A stretch of DNA of 63,850 bases, filler included, from Octopus bimaculoides (GCF_001194135.2; 7 parts of 6 records of this genome joined end to end with filler, not necessarily neighbours in it), one strand, 5' to 3'; positions 8,301 to 22,780 are shown, counted from the first letter of the whole stretch. Numbers and translations are program-made. The notes: generated by a model not told the origin, from the sequence alone.

Positions 8301-11145
8301 GTATATGAAAATAAATACATACATACATAGAATCATATATGCATATATACCTACACGCATATATATATATATATATATATATANNNNNNNNNNNNNNNNN
8401 NNNNNNNNNNNNNNNNNNNNNNNNNNNNNNNNNNNNNNNNNNNNNNNNNNNNNNNNNNNNNNNNNNNNNNNNNNNNNNNNNNNNNNNNNNNNNNNNNNNN
8501 NNNNNNNNNNNNNNNNNNNNNNNNNNNNNNNNNNNNNNNNNNNNNNNNNNNNNNNNNNNNNNNNNNNNNNNNNNNNNNNNNNNNNNNNNNNNNNNNNNNN
8601 NNNNNNNNNNNNNNNNNNNNNNNNNNNNNNNNNNNNNNNNNNNNNNNNNNNNNNNNNNNNNNNNNNNNNNNNNNNNNNNNNNNNNNNNNNNNNNNNNNNN
8701 NNNNNNNNNNNNNNNNNNNNNNNNNNNNNNNNNNNNNNNNNNNNNNNNNNNNNNNNNNNNNNNNNNNNNNNNNNNNNNNNNNNNNNNNNNNNNNNNNNNN
8801 NNNNNNNNNNNNNNNNNNNNNNNNNNNNNNNNNNNNNNNNNNNNNNNNNNNNNNNNNNNNNNNNNNNNNNNNNNNNNNNNNNNNNNNNNNNNNNNNNNNN
8901 NNNNNNNNNNNNNNNNNNNNNNNNNNNNNNNNNNNNNNNNNNNNNNNNNNNNNNNNNNNNNNNNNNNNNNNNNNNNNNNNNNNNNNNNNNNNNNNNNNNN
9001 NNNNNNNNNNNNNNNNNNNNNNNNNNNNNNNNNNNNNNNNNNNNNNNNNNNNNNNNNNNNNNNNNNNNNNNNNNNNNNNNNNNNNNNNNNNNNNNNNNNN
9101 NNNNNNNNNNNNNNNNNNNNNNNNNNNNNNNNNNNNNNNNNNNNNNNNNNNNNNNNNNNNNNNNNNNNNNNNNNNNNNNNNNNNNNNNNNNNNNNNNNNN
9201 NNNNNNNNNNNNNNNNNNNNNNNNNNNNNNNNNNNNNNNNNNNNNNNNNNNNNNNNNNNNNNNNNNNNNNNNNNNNNNNNNNNNNNNNNNNNNNNNNNNN
9301 NNNNNNNNNNNNNNNNNNNNNNNNNNNNNNNNNNNNNNNNNNNNNNNNNNNNNNNNNNNNNNNGTCTTCCTTAGCTACATTTTCTTTCGTAATTCGGTTT
9401 GTCTCCCTCTTCCACTTATTCATTTTTTTTTTAGACGCTTGGCAAACACTCTGTTTCTCCCCTCGTCACAAACACACTATTTCTTTCTTTCTCTCTTTTT
9501 TCTTTCTTTCTCTCTCTCTTTCTTTCTTTCTCTTTCTTTCTTTCTTTCTTTCTCCCTCTCTTTCTCTCTTGCTCTCTCTCTCTTGCTCTCTCTCTCTTGC
9601 TCTCTCTCTCTTGCTCTCTCTCTCTTGCTCTCTCTCTCTCCTTCACGCGCGTACGCACAGATTTGACTTCGCCATGTCAACAAACTTCAAAATTGGTAAA
9701 AGTTTATCGATTTTTACAGCTATACGCGGGTGCCTCTGTGAGAAAAAGTTGACAAAAACACAGATAGGGTCATGGACAATGTCCTCCTAAAATTGGAGCG
9801 ACATGCGTGCTAATTTGTTGACGTGCATAACCCACATCACGTACACACACACACAAACATCTTGTGTTTTATAGATATTGATATATATATATATGTAAGA
9901 AATAATAATAATCTTGGTTTATATATTATCATATACTTATGTATATATACCCTCAAATATAATATTTTATTTATACATATGTTTATATGTACATACACAC
10001 TCACAAACACAAACACACACGCACTCAAATATGTGTGTGTTTGTGTCCATATATTCTAACGTAAATAACATGAGGTCTGTTTTTTATATCTAATCGTTTC
10101 TCTGCATTTACTTGAACTTCACGAAAGTAATTTTGACATACTTATAATTGATCGATTGTTACATTATTATAATAACCTGATGGCATCGTAAAATTGATGA
10201 CATCTCAAACTAATATATCTGAATTCACCTGTACTAAGACAGTTTCTAGATTACTTTCGTTGATGTTTTATTTTGAATGTGGACATAAAAGATTAACCAT
10301 GATATACTTCCATATATCCCTGATTCATGTGTAATATTTGATTTCATCTTGTTTCCATTTATGATAGAGTCTATAAAGGAAAAAAAGTCTTTGTGTTATG
10401 CAGCATTCAAGAAGAGATAATGGCTATTCAAGCTATACAGATGACAGTCCAAGATTACGAGATTTAGGTACTCTTGATAAGCGCAAGATAAACGACATCG
10501 ACATGAACTTTTCAGGTCATCGGGCATAACAAGCCATTTATTCTCTACCATATAATTTTTAGGCTTGTCAATTTGTATACTACAATCACTCTTGACAGAT
10601 CGTGCGTTCAGATACACGGTGGGTATTTCTATATATTTCTTTATATGGTAGCGGAACAAAATTATGCAATGAGTAAAACGTCTATTTCGAAAACTGTGGC
10701 AATGAACGCGTATTCTAGAGAAGACTAAACAACAGAGGTCGTAAATTCTAGTTAACATTCATGTGGGAGTAAAAAAATGTTTCGAGTTAATTTGTATTTT
10801 CGTTTAAGTAGTTTAGTTTAAGAATGATTTATACATGCATACATATATAAATACATACATACATGCATACATACATACATACATACATATATATTCATAC
10901 AAACGTACACACACACACATATACAGATATGTATACATACATATCATATGTACCTACATATTTACGTTACACTTTAATTTTCTCCCCGAAGCTAGTAGCA
11001 AAGTTTTCTGGAAAATTAGCAACTTTTGTATATTAGTTAGTTTATAACTTAACTAGCTTGAATTGGGAGATTTAGAAAATAAAACGAACTTACGTATATA
11101 TGTGTATATATATGTATGTATATATATCTATATCTATATCTATCA

Positions 11146-11179
<34 letters not shown>

Positions 11180-11461
11180 ATATCTACATATATATATATA
11201 TATATATATANNNNNNNNNNNNNNNNNNNNNNNNNNNNNNNNNNNNNNNNNNNNNNNNNNNNNNNNNNNNNNNNNNNNNNNNNNNNNNNNNNNNNNNNNN
11301 NNNNNNNNNNNNNNNNNNNNNNNNNNNNNNNNNNNNNNNNNNNNNNNNNNNNNNNNNNNNNNNNNNNNNNNNNNNNNNNNNNNNNNNNNNNNNNNNNNNN
11401 NNNNNNNNNNNNNNNNNNNNNNNNNNNNNNNNNNNNNNNNNNNNNNNNNNNNNNNNNNNNN

Positions 11462-11500
<39 letters not shown>

Positions 11501-13814
11501 ATCATAATTTGTGAAACGGCTGGTTTATTTAATAGTTCTAATGGATATATTATATATTTGCCCTATTGTATAAGCAAATTAGCTGTGTTTAACTTTTCAG
11601 TTTGCAGATATGATGTAGGATCGCTTAAAACCGACTCGTCGGCGCTAGTTTCATTCCACATTCAATTACTTTTAATGTATTTTGGAAATGAATGAACATT
11701 ACAACATCTCAATTTGTTTCTCTAATTATATCGAGCTTTTATGTCTCGTGAAATAGAATGCAATATTCAGACTTCAGGCGTCTTTCTTCCCGCGTACTTA
11801 TGTATGCGATTTAATGTGATTTTGTGTACGTGAGATTTCCTTTCGACATTTGAATGGAATGTGAGTTTTAATGAAAAGAAAATCAATTAGCGTCAAATCA
11901 AAACAGCAGTAACAAAAGCACAACATAAAAAACACAAATAAGTTTACAAGGAGAAAATAACTTAGACAGATGAATATAACAAGAAAAATATTACATAAAC
12001 TCTTAGAAAAGAACTAAAATACAATAACAAGCTAATTTGTACAGACATTAATACTCCTATAGATGATTAGTAAGAAATGACTTTTCAATGTTTATATATC
12101 ATTTACGAATTGATATGAAAACTGGACTACAGAAATATAACTAACACTTATAAGAGTAAAATTAATACCTAAATCACCGACTCTATCAAATCTAAGGTGA
12201 GGATATGATAAATCTATATCATAATTATACAAGGATGATCAATAAAACTAAAATCAACCAATTTGATACATTATACGCAGCCATCATACGAAAGATTTAT
12301 AGCGAACACATTTAAATAAATTATAAGACAAATAATTGTGACATGGTATGCAGCAACATCAACAACGTCCAGGACAGCCCATTTAATTGTCATTTTCTCC
12401 ACAAGTCCCAGTGAGTAGATTAAAATAACATTATATAATAGGACCAGAGAGAATTTGCGATATGAAATCCAAGGACGACATTGTGTTTATTATATTTGGA
12501 GCATCTTTGAGAGTAATACTGCTCGATCATCCTTGAAGAATATATGTAAGCAACAAAAAACTATAAGACATTAATATTTATATTGCCATTTCATTAACAG
12601 AAGACAATAACGGTCATGATCTGATTAGGACATAAAAGGACAAATATTTCAAAGAAAGCTCCGACTACAAAAACTACATATATATTAGTGACATAAATAT
12701 GCATTTCAATGTGCAGGTAGAGTATGATTAATGAGTTCCTTATGAGTTTAATGTATCAATGTAATCACTTAAGATTATTGACAGCCAACTTAAAGGTAGC
12801 TGAAAGTATCTAATAAGCAGATACACTTTTCCCCCCAGAAACATGGAGAGGCTCCAAACAAATTTTGTCTGAACATTGCACCATACTTTTGCTTTTGTAC
12901 TTCCACTCTAGTCAGTAGTTGTACTTATTGATAGCACTTTCCATGGAACATGAATCTTCCTCGCACACAAACACAAGCACAAGCAGACATACACGCGCGC
13001 GCGCTTATATCTAAATACATGTTTGATAAGAATACAATTAATTTGCAGAATAATAAGATTTCAGTCTCTTGACTGACCGTATTGCTGTTTTCTCACAGCT
13101 CTATAGAGAAGACGTAAACTCCTTCATTATGTACTGAACAACACTGATTATTTGTTTATAAAGAATTCATGAATTATACTAGCAACATTGTAGATAGCCT
13201 AACTTTCATATTTGTGCATTTGACAGCTCGTAATTAACATAAGATTATCGATTTATTCGCAACATGTCCCATATTAGAATTAAAATGTATCAAGATATTA
13301 GAATGCTTCAATGCGAGTTGCATAAAGCTAAAAAGTAAACAAAATTTTCTATGCTTATAATGTGCATAAATTTGTGTTCTGACTGGTTAATCCACGCTCC
13401 TCAGAGGGGACTTTCACGGTTCTCTATCACAATCAACACCTAGCAAAAGTTAGGAGTCTTCAGCTCTAGAAGATATGTTGATAGCTTTTTTTTTTATTAA
13501 AACACAGAAACTTAGACTGTGTCTCTTGACTCTTGTTTCAGTTGAATATGGATTTTAAACTTTATCAAAAAAGAAAGCTCACATTAATACATAGACACAC
13601 GTAAATAAACATCTATATATATATACATGTTTATATATACATGTATATATATACATGTTTATATATAAACATGTATATATATACATGTATATATATACAT
13701 GTTTATATATAAACATGTATATATATACATGTATATATATACATGTTTATATATATACATCTATCTATACATGTTTATGTATATAAGCACACATATATAT
13801 ACATATGCTTACAT

Positions 13815-13863
<49 letters not shown>

Positions 13864-13944
13864 TACATACATATATATATATATATATAGAGCGAGACAG
13901 ACAGACAGACAGATAAATAGACAGATAGATAAATAGATAGATAA

Positions 13945-14015
<71 letters not shown>

Positions 14016-14639
14016 TAGGCATGTATGCGGGCGCGTGTTTGTATCAATAAATTAGACGACCATGAACACGATAATATAGTCTGAGAAATGTAAGTGCTGT
14101 ACACCGTCTTAGAAATTAATTGTTTCCATAAAGATGTAGAAAGTAAAATAAAAGAAATGAACGAAAAATAATAATTCTGAAACGCAGCATCGCAAAAAGG
14201 TATGCATATTCATCATACACTGCCCTTCCATCTTTTCTAGATATTTCTGCCACCATACGGCTCTTCAAGTACCTTAGCGAGTTACATGTATATAATGAAG
14301 CCTTGCTGTAAATAGGAAACGACCACGAGCAAATGGCTATAAAGTGATCGTTCCCAACAAATGGAATGAAGTAATCGTGTTTATATACAAACGAAAAAGT
14401 CTTTTCTTCCAGAAAATCTAGATTGATCTGCTTCGGTAGACTTTAAGTTAGAATACTGAAAATACTGAGGACAATATATACAGGTACTAAAGTATCATAT
14501 ACGGAACATTTAATCGTAACATGTATTCAGTGAGTGTGGTCTACCAGCGATTAAGCGGAAAATTTGGATTTCGAATATACATACATTAAAGAAAATATGT
14601 GTAACCTCCGATAATACAGGGCGAAACTGCAAACACAAG

Positions 14640-15385
14640 AGTAGAGAAACGACATATAGGAATTTGTATCATTACCAAGTTGATGCCGAGAATGATTATG
14701 TTACTGCTTCTGCTGCTGTTGCTGCTGCAACTGTTTCTGTTGCTCTTTTTGCTGCCTCTGCTGTTGGTATTGTTATCGCTGATGGTGGTGATGGTGGTGG
14801 TGGTGGAGCTTCTGCTACTGATGTTTATGATAATGATGATTATGAGGATGGCGATGGTGTCGACGAAGACGATGCTGATAATGATGATGATGAAGATGAT
14901 GATGATGAAGATTTGAAAGCAAGAGGCGATTATTGTAATGATCAAGTTCGTCTTAATTGTTGTCGCAAATAATCTGTCTCGGTCGTAAATATAATTACCG
15001 TAATCGCAATAGTGACTTTTGTTAATGATGCTGCTGGTTTCAATATTAATGATAATGTCTATAACTATGATGACGACAATGACGATATTGAAAACCATCT
15101 TGATGATGGTCGAGTTATTGATGATTGCCATTCTAGTGATTGTGCTTGTGAAGACGACGAAGATATGAGGATCATTCTTGATAGTAATCATACACTCGAT
15201 TATTATCATGTTCATCAGGTTGACGATGGAGCACGTGATATAGGACTTCACAACCATGAACACCACCACCTCAAGCACTAAAAGTGGTGGTGGAGTGAGT
15301 GATACAACATAAATCACCTGTCTCACTATAAACAGTCTTTGATATAATGTAGATAATGATGATGTTGATGATGACGATGACAAGT
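14640..15385. repeat. Cryptic, degenerate triplet-periodic tract (GAT/GCT/GGT-derived)
   Basis: Strong 3-nt periodicity producing Asp/Ala/Gly-rich and Ile/Ser-rich pseudo-ORFs on both strands. Confidence 0.7.
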
Positions 15386-16819
15386 TTGATTTTACGTAGA
15401 ACGATTATGTAGCATTAATGCCAAAAATTGATAAGAAATATAACAGATTGATCCATAAAGATTCGAAGAATGAAAACGAATGACAGTAACGGGAACTCCA
15501 TTTTCATTTTCCAGCACTGACAGCAGCAATAGCTGGATAATTTTCTCGCCCACGCAAAGCTTAAACACATACGTACGCATAAATGGGACAACACATGTAG
15601 ACACATACATGCACCTCCACCCCGAAAAAACACATTCACACACATAAGTGCATGCTAGCATTCCCGAACAAACACACTCACTTGCCTGAAAAATGAAAAT
15701 TCTAAAGTAAAGGAGTTCATGATAATTAATGGTGTTTAAAGTATTCTTTATTATTTGACATTATTCATCTCATTCATCAGTTCCTTATAAGCTAAAAAGC
15801 CATTGCAAGAAAGATTTAAGAAAACATTGGAAGAAAAAATGTAAAAGGAAAGAAAATAAAAGAAAATTAATACCATATATTCAAAAGGATTGGCTGAAAC
15901 TTTTGGCAAATCTCGTTGGCAATGGTTTCTTTATATTCAACGCTCAGCGATGCAAAGTAGAAAAGTATGTCATATATATATATAAAATATATATATAGTT
16001 TTAGGGAAAATAACCAATTTTCAAGAACTCATCGATGAAAATCCACTATCACATATAGAAAAAATAATAATTAAAAGCACAATAAATGAGTATAATATAA
16101 AGTAAAGTAAATATCATAAGATAAATATAATAAAAAGATTACACGTGTTTCATAACCAATTTTCAAATAGAAAAGAAATTTAAATCAATTAAAATCAATT
16201 GAAATTATCGAAAATAAGTTCTATTCAAAAAATATAGCTACTCGTCAGATCGTGAGTAAAACAATAATTAGATATATATCTCAACCANNNNNNNNNNNNN
16301 NNNNNNNNNNNNNNNNNNNNNNNNNNNNNNNNNNNNNNNNNNNNNNNNNNNNNNNNNNNNNNNNNNNNNNNNNNNNNNNNNNNNNNNNNNNNNNNNNNNN
16401 NNNNNNNNNNNNNNNNNNNNNNNNNNNNNNNNNNNNNNNNNNNNNNNNNNNNNNNNNNNNNNNNNNNNNNNNNNNNNNNNNNNNNNNNNNNNNNNNNNNN
16501 NNNNNNNNNNNNNNNNNNNNNNNNNNNNNNNNNNNNNNNNNNNNNNNNNNNNNNNNNNNNNNNNNNNNNNNNNNNNNNNNNNNNNNNNNNNNNNNNNNNN
16601 NNNNNNNNNNNNNNNNNNNNNNNNNNNNNNNNNNNNNNNNNNNNNNNNNNNNNNNNNNNNNNNNNNNNNNNNNNNNNNNNNNNNNNNNNNNNNNNNNNNN
16701 NNNNNNNGAAAATGCTGCATTTTCAAACCTTCTTTCATATATATTTCCACTCGTGCAGTATCTTACAACTTTACTTTGTTATATATATATATATATATAA
16801 TTAGAAATATAACATTTCT

Positions 16820-17195
16820 AAATCTCTCACTGAGACTTATACAGTAGCAGCACGATAAAGTGATGGTTTGTTGCCAACTTAATGTGGCAGTGCCAGGAAA
16901 GGGAAGAACGCTACTGCAATTTAGCCCCAGGAAACACCGTTTCCAGCTGGCTATTTGACACAAGCGTTCTGTTTCCTTAAGTTTTCAAACAAGGAAGGAG
17001 ATAAGCACCTCCACCTCTGGATGCTGTCTTTGCTGGGTGGAGGCGCATATCTCCCCTGTTTGAAAAATTAAGGACACAGGGCGCTTGTGTCACAAAGCTA
17101 ACTGGAAACGGTTTTTCCCTGGGGCTAAAAACCAGTAGCATTCTTCCCTTTCCTGGGACTGCCACATTAAGATGGCAACAAACCATCACTTTATA
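16820..17195. mobile_element. Foldback element of the same family as 7376-7947
   Basis: Imperfect palindrome of about 340 bp (16855-17195) plus a one-sided extension AAATCTCT...ACAGTAGCAGCACGATAAAGTGA, homologous to the reverse complement of 7900-7945. Flanked by (TA)n. Confidence 0.8.
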
Positions 17196-17680
17196 TATAT
17201 ATGATATTGTACCTGAGGGAAATACTTATTGACAAACCACCAGTATGCAAGTGTAGCTGTTTATTATGTTCACTAATTTAGGCTTAGCTGGGTGTAGTGA
17301 TTAGGAAGTTAGAACATGTACGCCTTTTAAAGTAGGCAGTCTTTTGAATCATATATGTGTTGCTGGATGTTTTTATTTTTCTTCCATGTTTTATACAATT
17401 TTCATAAATGTATGTGAGAATGCACAGCATCCATGTTAAGTCATTAAAAAAAAGAACATTACGAAAGGGTTATTAATTTATTATTATTGTTCAATCCTGC
17501 ATGACAGTCTTATTTACATTAGTCTCGATCAAAGTGTTTCTTAATATATAGGAGCATGCGTGTCTCAGTTGTGAGGAGTTAGATCCTACTCCAGTCCTAT
17601 ATTAGGCGAGTGTCGTGTATAATATATATATATAGGTGTGCGTTTGTGTTTTTGCATGTGTGTGTATGCGTGTGTATGTG

Positions 17681-17770
<90 letters not shown>

Positions 17771-19647
17771 TGTGAGTGTGTGTATCCACTGCAAATGCCT
17801 GGCAACAGGCGCTAGTGTGCACACGACCGTATAACTTTAGCTGTTCAGCAAAAGAAACTGATAGATTTCGGCTCAGGGTCAGCATTTGTGAGAGAAAATG
17901 GTCACTCAGCACGATACTTGTACTTACTTTTATTGAGCCTAGAGGGATGAAAGCTAAACCTGAAATATGTAAGCTGCTGTCGAACCGTACTTTTGAGCTG
18001 GTCTTGATTACGGCGATAAATATTCAGAAATGTTTTCCACTCCCAAGAAATATTATCCCACTTCTTCAGATTGTAGGAAATGATACCAGTGATTACGAAG
18101 TAATGAAGAAATTGGTTCCTTATCAATAGTTATAGTAGAAATAGTTGCCAAATCTTAAATCTTAAATCATGTTTTGCTGCAGTTAATGAAACTGAGTTGA
18201 ATAATTTTTAGCCCAATGCACTGCACCCAAAGACAAATGGGACGACCACGGCGGAATGTTTATGACCTCGAGGAGAAAGCCCCTATTAACGTAGAGATAA
18301 GACAAAGTGGTAAAGCTAATATAAGTAATACAGCTCTTACACCAGTCTGTTTTCTCTACCTTTAAAATGTAAGATCAAATACATATCAAAACTTACTGTA
18401 TGCGTCCAGGAAATTTCATACATTTACAGTGATAAAATAGTAAAAGTTATGAAAACAGAAGACTTTTTAAGGGAATAAAATCAATGATCCTTATATATTT
18501 TAGGCAAAATGACCCATCATCAGAAACAAACAGTCAAGAAATATTAGTCTATTTAGGTATTGGTCATATGGCCGGTGTCTAAATACGTGGATGCATGTAC
18601 TAATAATATATAAAGTTTATGTGATTCATGTCTTCTTCGCATAGTAAGAAGCTTTCAGTTTTCACTGTTTTCACAATGAGACCTCCTTAATGCATCAAGC
18701 AACCTATAACGCTCTTCTTATTCAGAGTGGTTTTTCGGTTAAATGCTTTTTTACAAGCATTATAAAATTTAACCTAATAACTTTAAATTAATTAATTCTA
18801 ACAAGTTAAGTGACGAATAAATCGAATAAAGTGAAATCTAAATTTCTCGGACGATTGAAAATTGTTCAAATTATTGACCTCCTAAATTTCTAGTTCTTTG
18901 CAAATTGTAATAGGGAGCTGGCGTCATTGTAACGCAGGCCAATGGTGATTATTCATAATAGAAACCAAACGTACACACACTACAAAACACACACATCCGG
19001 AGTACAGAGATAAATGTAAAAGGAATTTATGAGTTATGAGCTCCTAAACAAATATCTTATACACACTGTCAGTTCTCCTTTATACATTAGAAAACACTCG
19101 TACTTATATAGCTGTTTCTATTTTCAAATACATGATCGTGTTTCAAGTCTGCTTTGTTATTCGATGTTTGTATGTATTACAAAAAATAATGTAACATACT
19201 GACGCCACCATGACAAATAAATATGAAAATGGAGAATACATACTCTCGCACACGCTAACAATCTTACACTTACACGCGCAAATACACACAAAAATACAAA
19301 CACACATGCATGCACGTACACGCACACATACACACACACATGCGCGAGCGCAAAACTAAAAAGTATTTGTAATTGCTTGAGCGTTACAATGGTGGATGTC
19401 TTTGTAAAAACAACGACTTTATAAAAACAGAAAGAAATAGTTTCTTCACTTTTGCTTCAACATCTCCGCCAGAGACTAAAACCTATTGAACATCAAACTC
19501 GATAAAATGTCTCTCATTCATTATGTTTATCATCCTATACTTTTATGTTGGCGGCTTTTTAATGAGGCTGGTTAGATGGTTGTATGTATGTGTGTATAAG
19601 TAAATATGTATATGTGTGTATGCATGTATGTGTGTATGTATATATAT

Positions 19648-19684
<37 letters not shown>

Positions 19685-21351
19685 AATATGTATACGTGCG
19701 CGTTTGCATGAAGTATAAGTATATAGTATACGTATATAAATGCAATACAATGAAACATCACGCACGAGCCGAGATAATCAATAAACTATTGCAATGAAAA
19801 CATTCATATGTATAGAAATACTGTCGTTGTTTATGAACAAGTAAAAATTATGAATGAGATAGTCACATGGGGATCTAACTCGCGCAATTTATGCCACACG
19901 TTTTTTTCTCTCCTTCGAACAGTAGTATTTTTGTTTTAATTTTTTTAAAAAATAAGTCTATATTGCTTGACAAACAAAGGTTTCTTTCCTTTATTCTTTG
20001 ATTCCTTGCTTTCGTTGTCCCCTACGCCACCCAATTCTAAGTTTTCTCTTCAACTTTTTCCAGCTCGGCTTCTCTCTGTCTCTCTTTCTCTCTCCTCTTC
20101 CTTCTATTCTTCCTGCTCCTTCCTCCTTTCTTCTAATACTAATTCTTTTATCTTTATCCTTCCCCAACTCTACTTGATTCTTTTCTGTGTCTCTCATGCA
20201 TTTTGTTTTGTATGTTCTTCATTTTTTTTCTTTTCCCTCTCCCTACAACATTTTTTACATTATGGAAAGAAGAACGGAAATATTCGCTTTTCTCAATGTG
20301 TTGTTTCTCACTTTGTATAAGATCGAAAGATATATGTCTCACCGTTTATTATATTAATGATCTCAACAATATTTGTATTCATCAGCTTCTACACCGACAC
20401 TGTATTATACGTTTTATCATAGTATTTTCGTTTATGTATTTGTTTTGCAAGATTCTTGGTGTGAAATCTTGCGTTGAAACATATATTGTTATGTTTCGGG
20501 ATTGTCAATATTTTTTATCTTATAAGCACACGCACTATATACTCGTTCTTCACTTTAGCTTTATTATTGTTCTTATTTTAGTGTCCTATGTCTGAAATCC
20601 TTTGTGATACGTTTTGTAACCTCTTCAGCGACTCTCTATCATAGAGCTGAAGTGAGGAAAGAATACAGAGTGTGTATGCTTATTTGGTAAAAAAAAAAAA
20701 AAAGAAAACAGAATGACCATCCCAAATTATAACAACATAGCATTTTTGTATGTCGTTTGTCCACTATATTTTAAGAACTTCCAGACACGAAAGTGGGATA
20801 AATGACTAATAATGGTTTTAGATTTTGGCACAAGTCCAGTAACTTTGATGGAGGGGGCAATCGATTAATCAGAATATAAGGTGGCAAGAAACAGTGCTAA
20901 ACCTTTTTTTCCGGCGAGGTGACGATTCTGCCAGCCCACCGCCCTAAATAGGTAAAGCACGAAAAGAAGAAATAATGGAAGTCAAAGTCTACCATGGTAG
21001 AATTTCAAATTTGAACATGAAGACGCACGATTTACCACTCAGCATTTTGCCCTGCCGGTTCACCACCTTTTAATTGATTGATAATAAATACGAATAAGTG
21101 TAAGAATTAGAAATGGTTAAATATTTTCTTCAATAAATTTAGAATATATCTTTATATGTAGCTTATAGTTCAACTTCATGGGCAAAGTTCCATACTATCC
21201 TACAGCATAAAACGAAATATCTTAACATAGAATACCGTCATGTTACTGAAAACATGTTAGGTAGTTATTATGCACAGTTATTTAGTTTTGATTAAGTTTT
21301 GCAAACATTCAAGATAGTCAACCATATTTGTTTAATGAACAATCTATCAGT

Positions 21352-21534
21352 TACAGTTCTGTATTTAAGAGATAAGGAATTATGTACATTATCTACATTG
21401 CTTACATTTGACAGATATTTGTCCTCCTCTTGTTTGTTAACTCAACGTTTCAGCTGATATACCCTCCAGCCTTCATCAGGCTTCTTGGGGTAATTTCGAA
21501 CCTGGGTTCTCATTTTTAAGGTATTTTTCGATGA

Positions 21535-21617
<83 letters not shown>

Positions 21618-21690
21618 TTCTTCTTCTTCTTCAGGCCAATGCCTGGAAGTGAACTCGGAATCTTGGTGTTAGTATCCCGTGTTTTGCATT
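21352..21690 (-). mobile_element. Chimeric unit: degraded tRNA-like head + (GAA)n(AAT)n + Penelope pLTR with hammerhead
   Basis: 21633-21690 aligns with the tRNA head at 22556-22624. (ATT)n tract at about 21537-21616. The pLTR at 21352-21535 aligns with 22745-22916, including the terminal tail. Confidence 0.8.
21439..21484 (-). ncRNA. Minimal type I hammerhead ribozyme, degenerate copy
   Basis: CUGAUGA-A-GGCUG/CAGCU-GAAAC-GUU. Stem I is damaged. Confidence 0.5.
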
Positions 21691-22209
21691 TACGATAAAA
21701 TAGATATATACAAATATTAAAAATAATAAAAATCATATACAGTACGGTACTGTTTCTACTTCGTGGATTTTTACCTATCGCGGAGTGGGGGCTGGAATGT
21801 AACACCCGCGACAGTCGAGGGATTACTGTACAAACTTTAAATGTCAAGAGTGAACGGAAGTTGAGAGGGTCTTGGAGGGACGGAGAAAGACTTAAACCGA
21901 CGGAGTGCATGGTTGCTGTCGTGGATGAGAAAGAGAGAGAGAGAGAGAGAGCGAGATAGAGAGAGAGAGAGAGTGTGTGTGTGTGTGTGTGTGTGTGTTG
22001 GAAGTGATGTACAAATATCGTATATTGATTAAAAGAGAGCAGCCGGTATTTTGAATAATTCTTTATTAGCGCCTTCGTTCGTTAAACGATCTATTCAAGG
22101 CAACAATTAATTATGATTTTGGTTTTAATGATGATCTTGAAAAATTCGGTTAATGAACGAAACCGCTAATAAAGAATTATCCAAAATTCTGACTGCTTCC
22201 TTTTTCTCA

Positions 22210-22241
<32 letters not shown>

Positions 22242-22419
22242 GTTCATACATACATAAACACATACAGATACAAACGCATATATAGATAGATAAATAGATA
22301 GATAGTTATATGGTTAAATAGGTAGATAGATAGATATCCCTAAAGTTATCATAACATTTCGGGATATTATTTACATTATTTACATTTGACGGATATTTGT
22401 CCTCATCTTGTTTGTTGTT

Positions 22420-22465
22420 AACACAACGTTTCGGCTGATATACCCTCCAGCCTTCGTCAGGTGCC
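22420..22465 (-). ncRNA. Minimal type I hammerhead ribozyme with intact core
   Basis: GGCAC-CUGACGA-A-GGCUG(GAGGGUAUAU)CAGCC-GAAAC-GUU-GUGUU. Stem I is GGCAC/GUGUU, stem II is a perfect 5 bp, and helix III is the palindrome ACGU. This is the minimal form known from PLE pLTRs. Confidence 0.75.
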
Positions 22466-22555
22466 TTGGGGAAATTTCGAACCTGGGTTCTCATTCCTAA
22501 CGATGTTACTATTATTATTATTATTATTATATTATTATTATTATTATTATTAATC

Positions 22556-22624
22556 AGGTCGCTGCCTTGAATCGAACTCGGAATCTTGGGGTTAGTAGCG
22601 GCGCTCTTAACCACTACGCCATAT
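22556..22624 (-). promoter_or_regulatory. tRNA-like Pol III internal promoter head
   Basis: A box TGGCGTAGTGG and B box GTTCGATTC at tRNA-like spacing, with an anticodon-like loop CTACTAA between them. There is no intact acceptor stem, so it is not a functional tRNA. Confidence 0.75.
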
Positions 22625-22679
22625 GGCGTAGCGGGCTACAAACCCCAAGATTCCGAGTTCGATTCACGGCAGCGACCTG

Positions 22680-22725
<46 letters not shown>

Positions 22726-22780
22726 TAATAATAATAGTAACATCGTTAGGAATGAAATCCCAGGTTCGAAATTTCCCCAA

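Noticed and set aside
8254-9790. Long ORFs of 389-483 aa, and similar ones at 36018-37173, 41997-43040 and 53051-54382
   Set aside because: Composed of N runs and dinucleotide repeats (YIYI, THTH, LSLS).
10396-10758. 120-aa Cys-containing ORF (CRCRLSC) considered as a second IL-17
   Set aside because: Lacks the RS.xPW and terminal C-x-C motifs, and has no signal peptide or supporting splice sites.
22556-22680. tRNA genes
   Set aside because: Only A/B boxes and a partial cloverleaf, with no acceptor stem; these are SINE-type heads.
21537-22740. CRISPR-like repeat/spacer appearance
   Set aside because: Eukaryotic microsatellites and an inverted duplication; there are no regularly spaced direct repeats with unique spacers.
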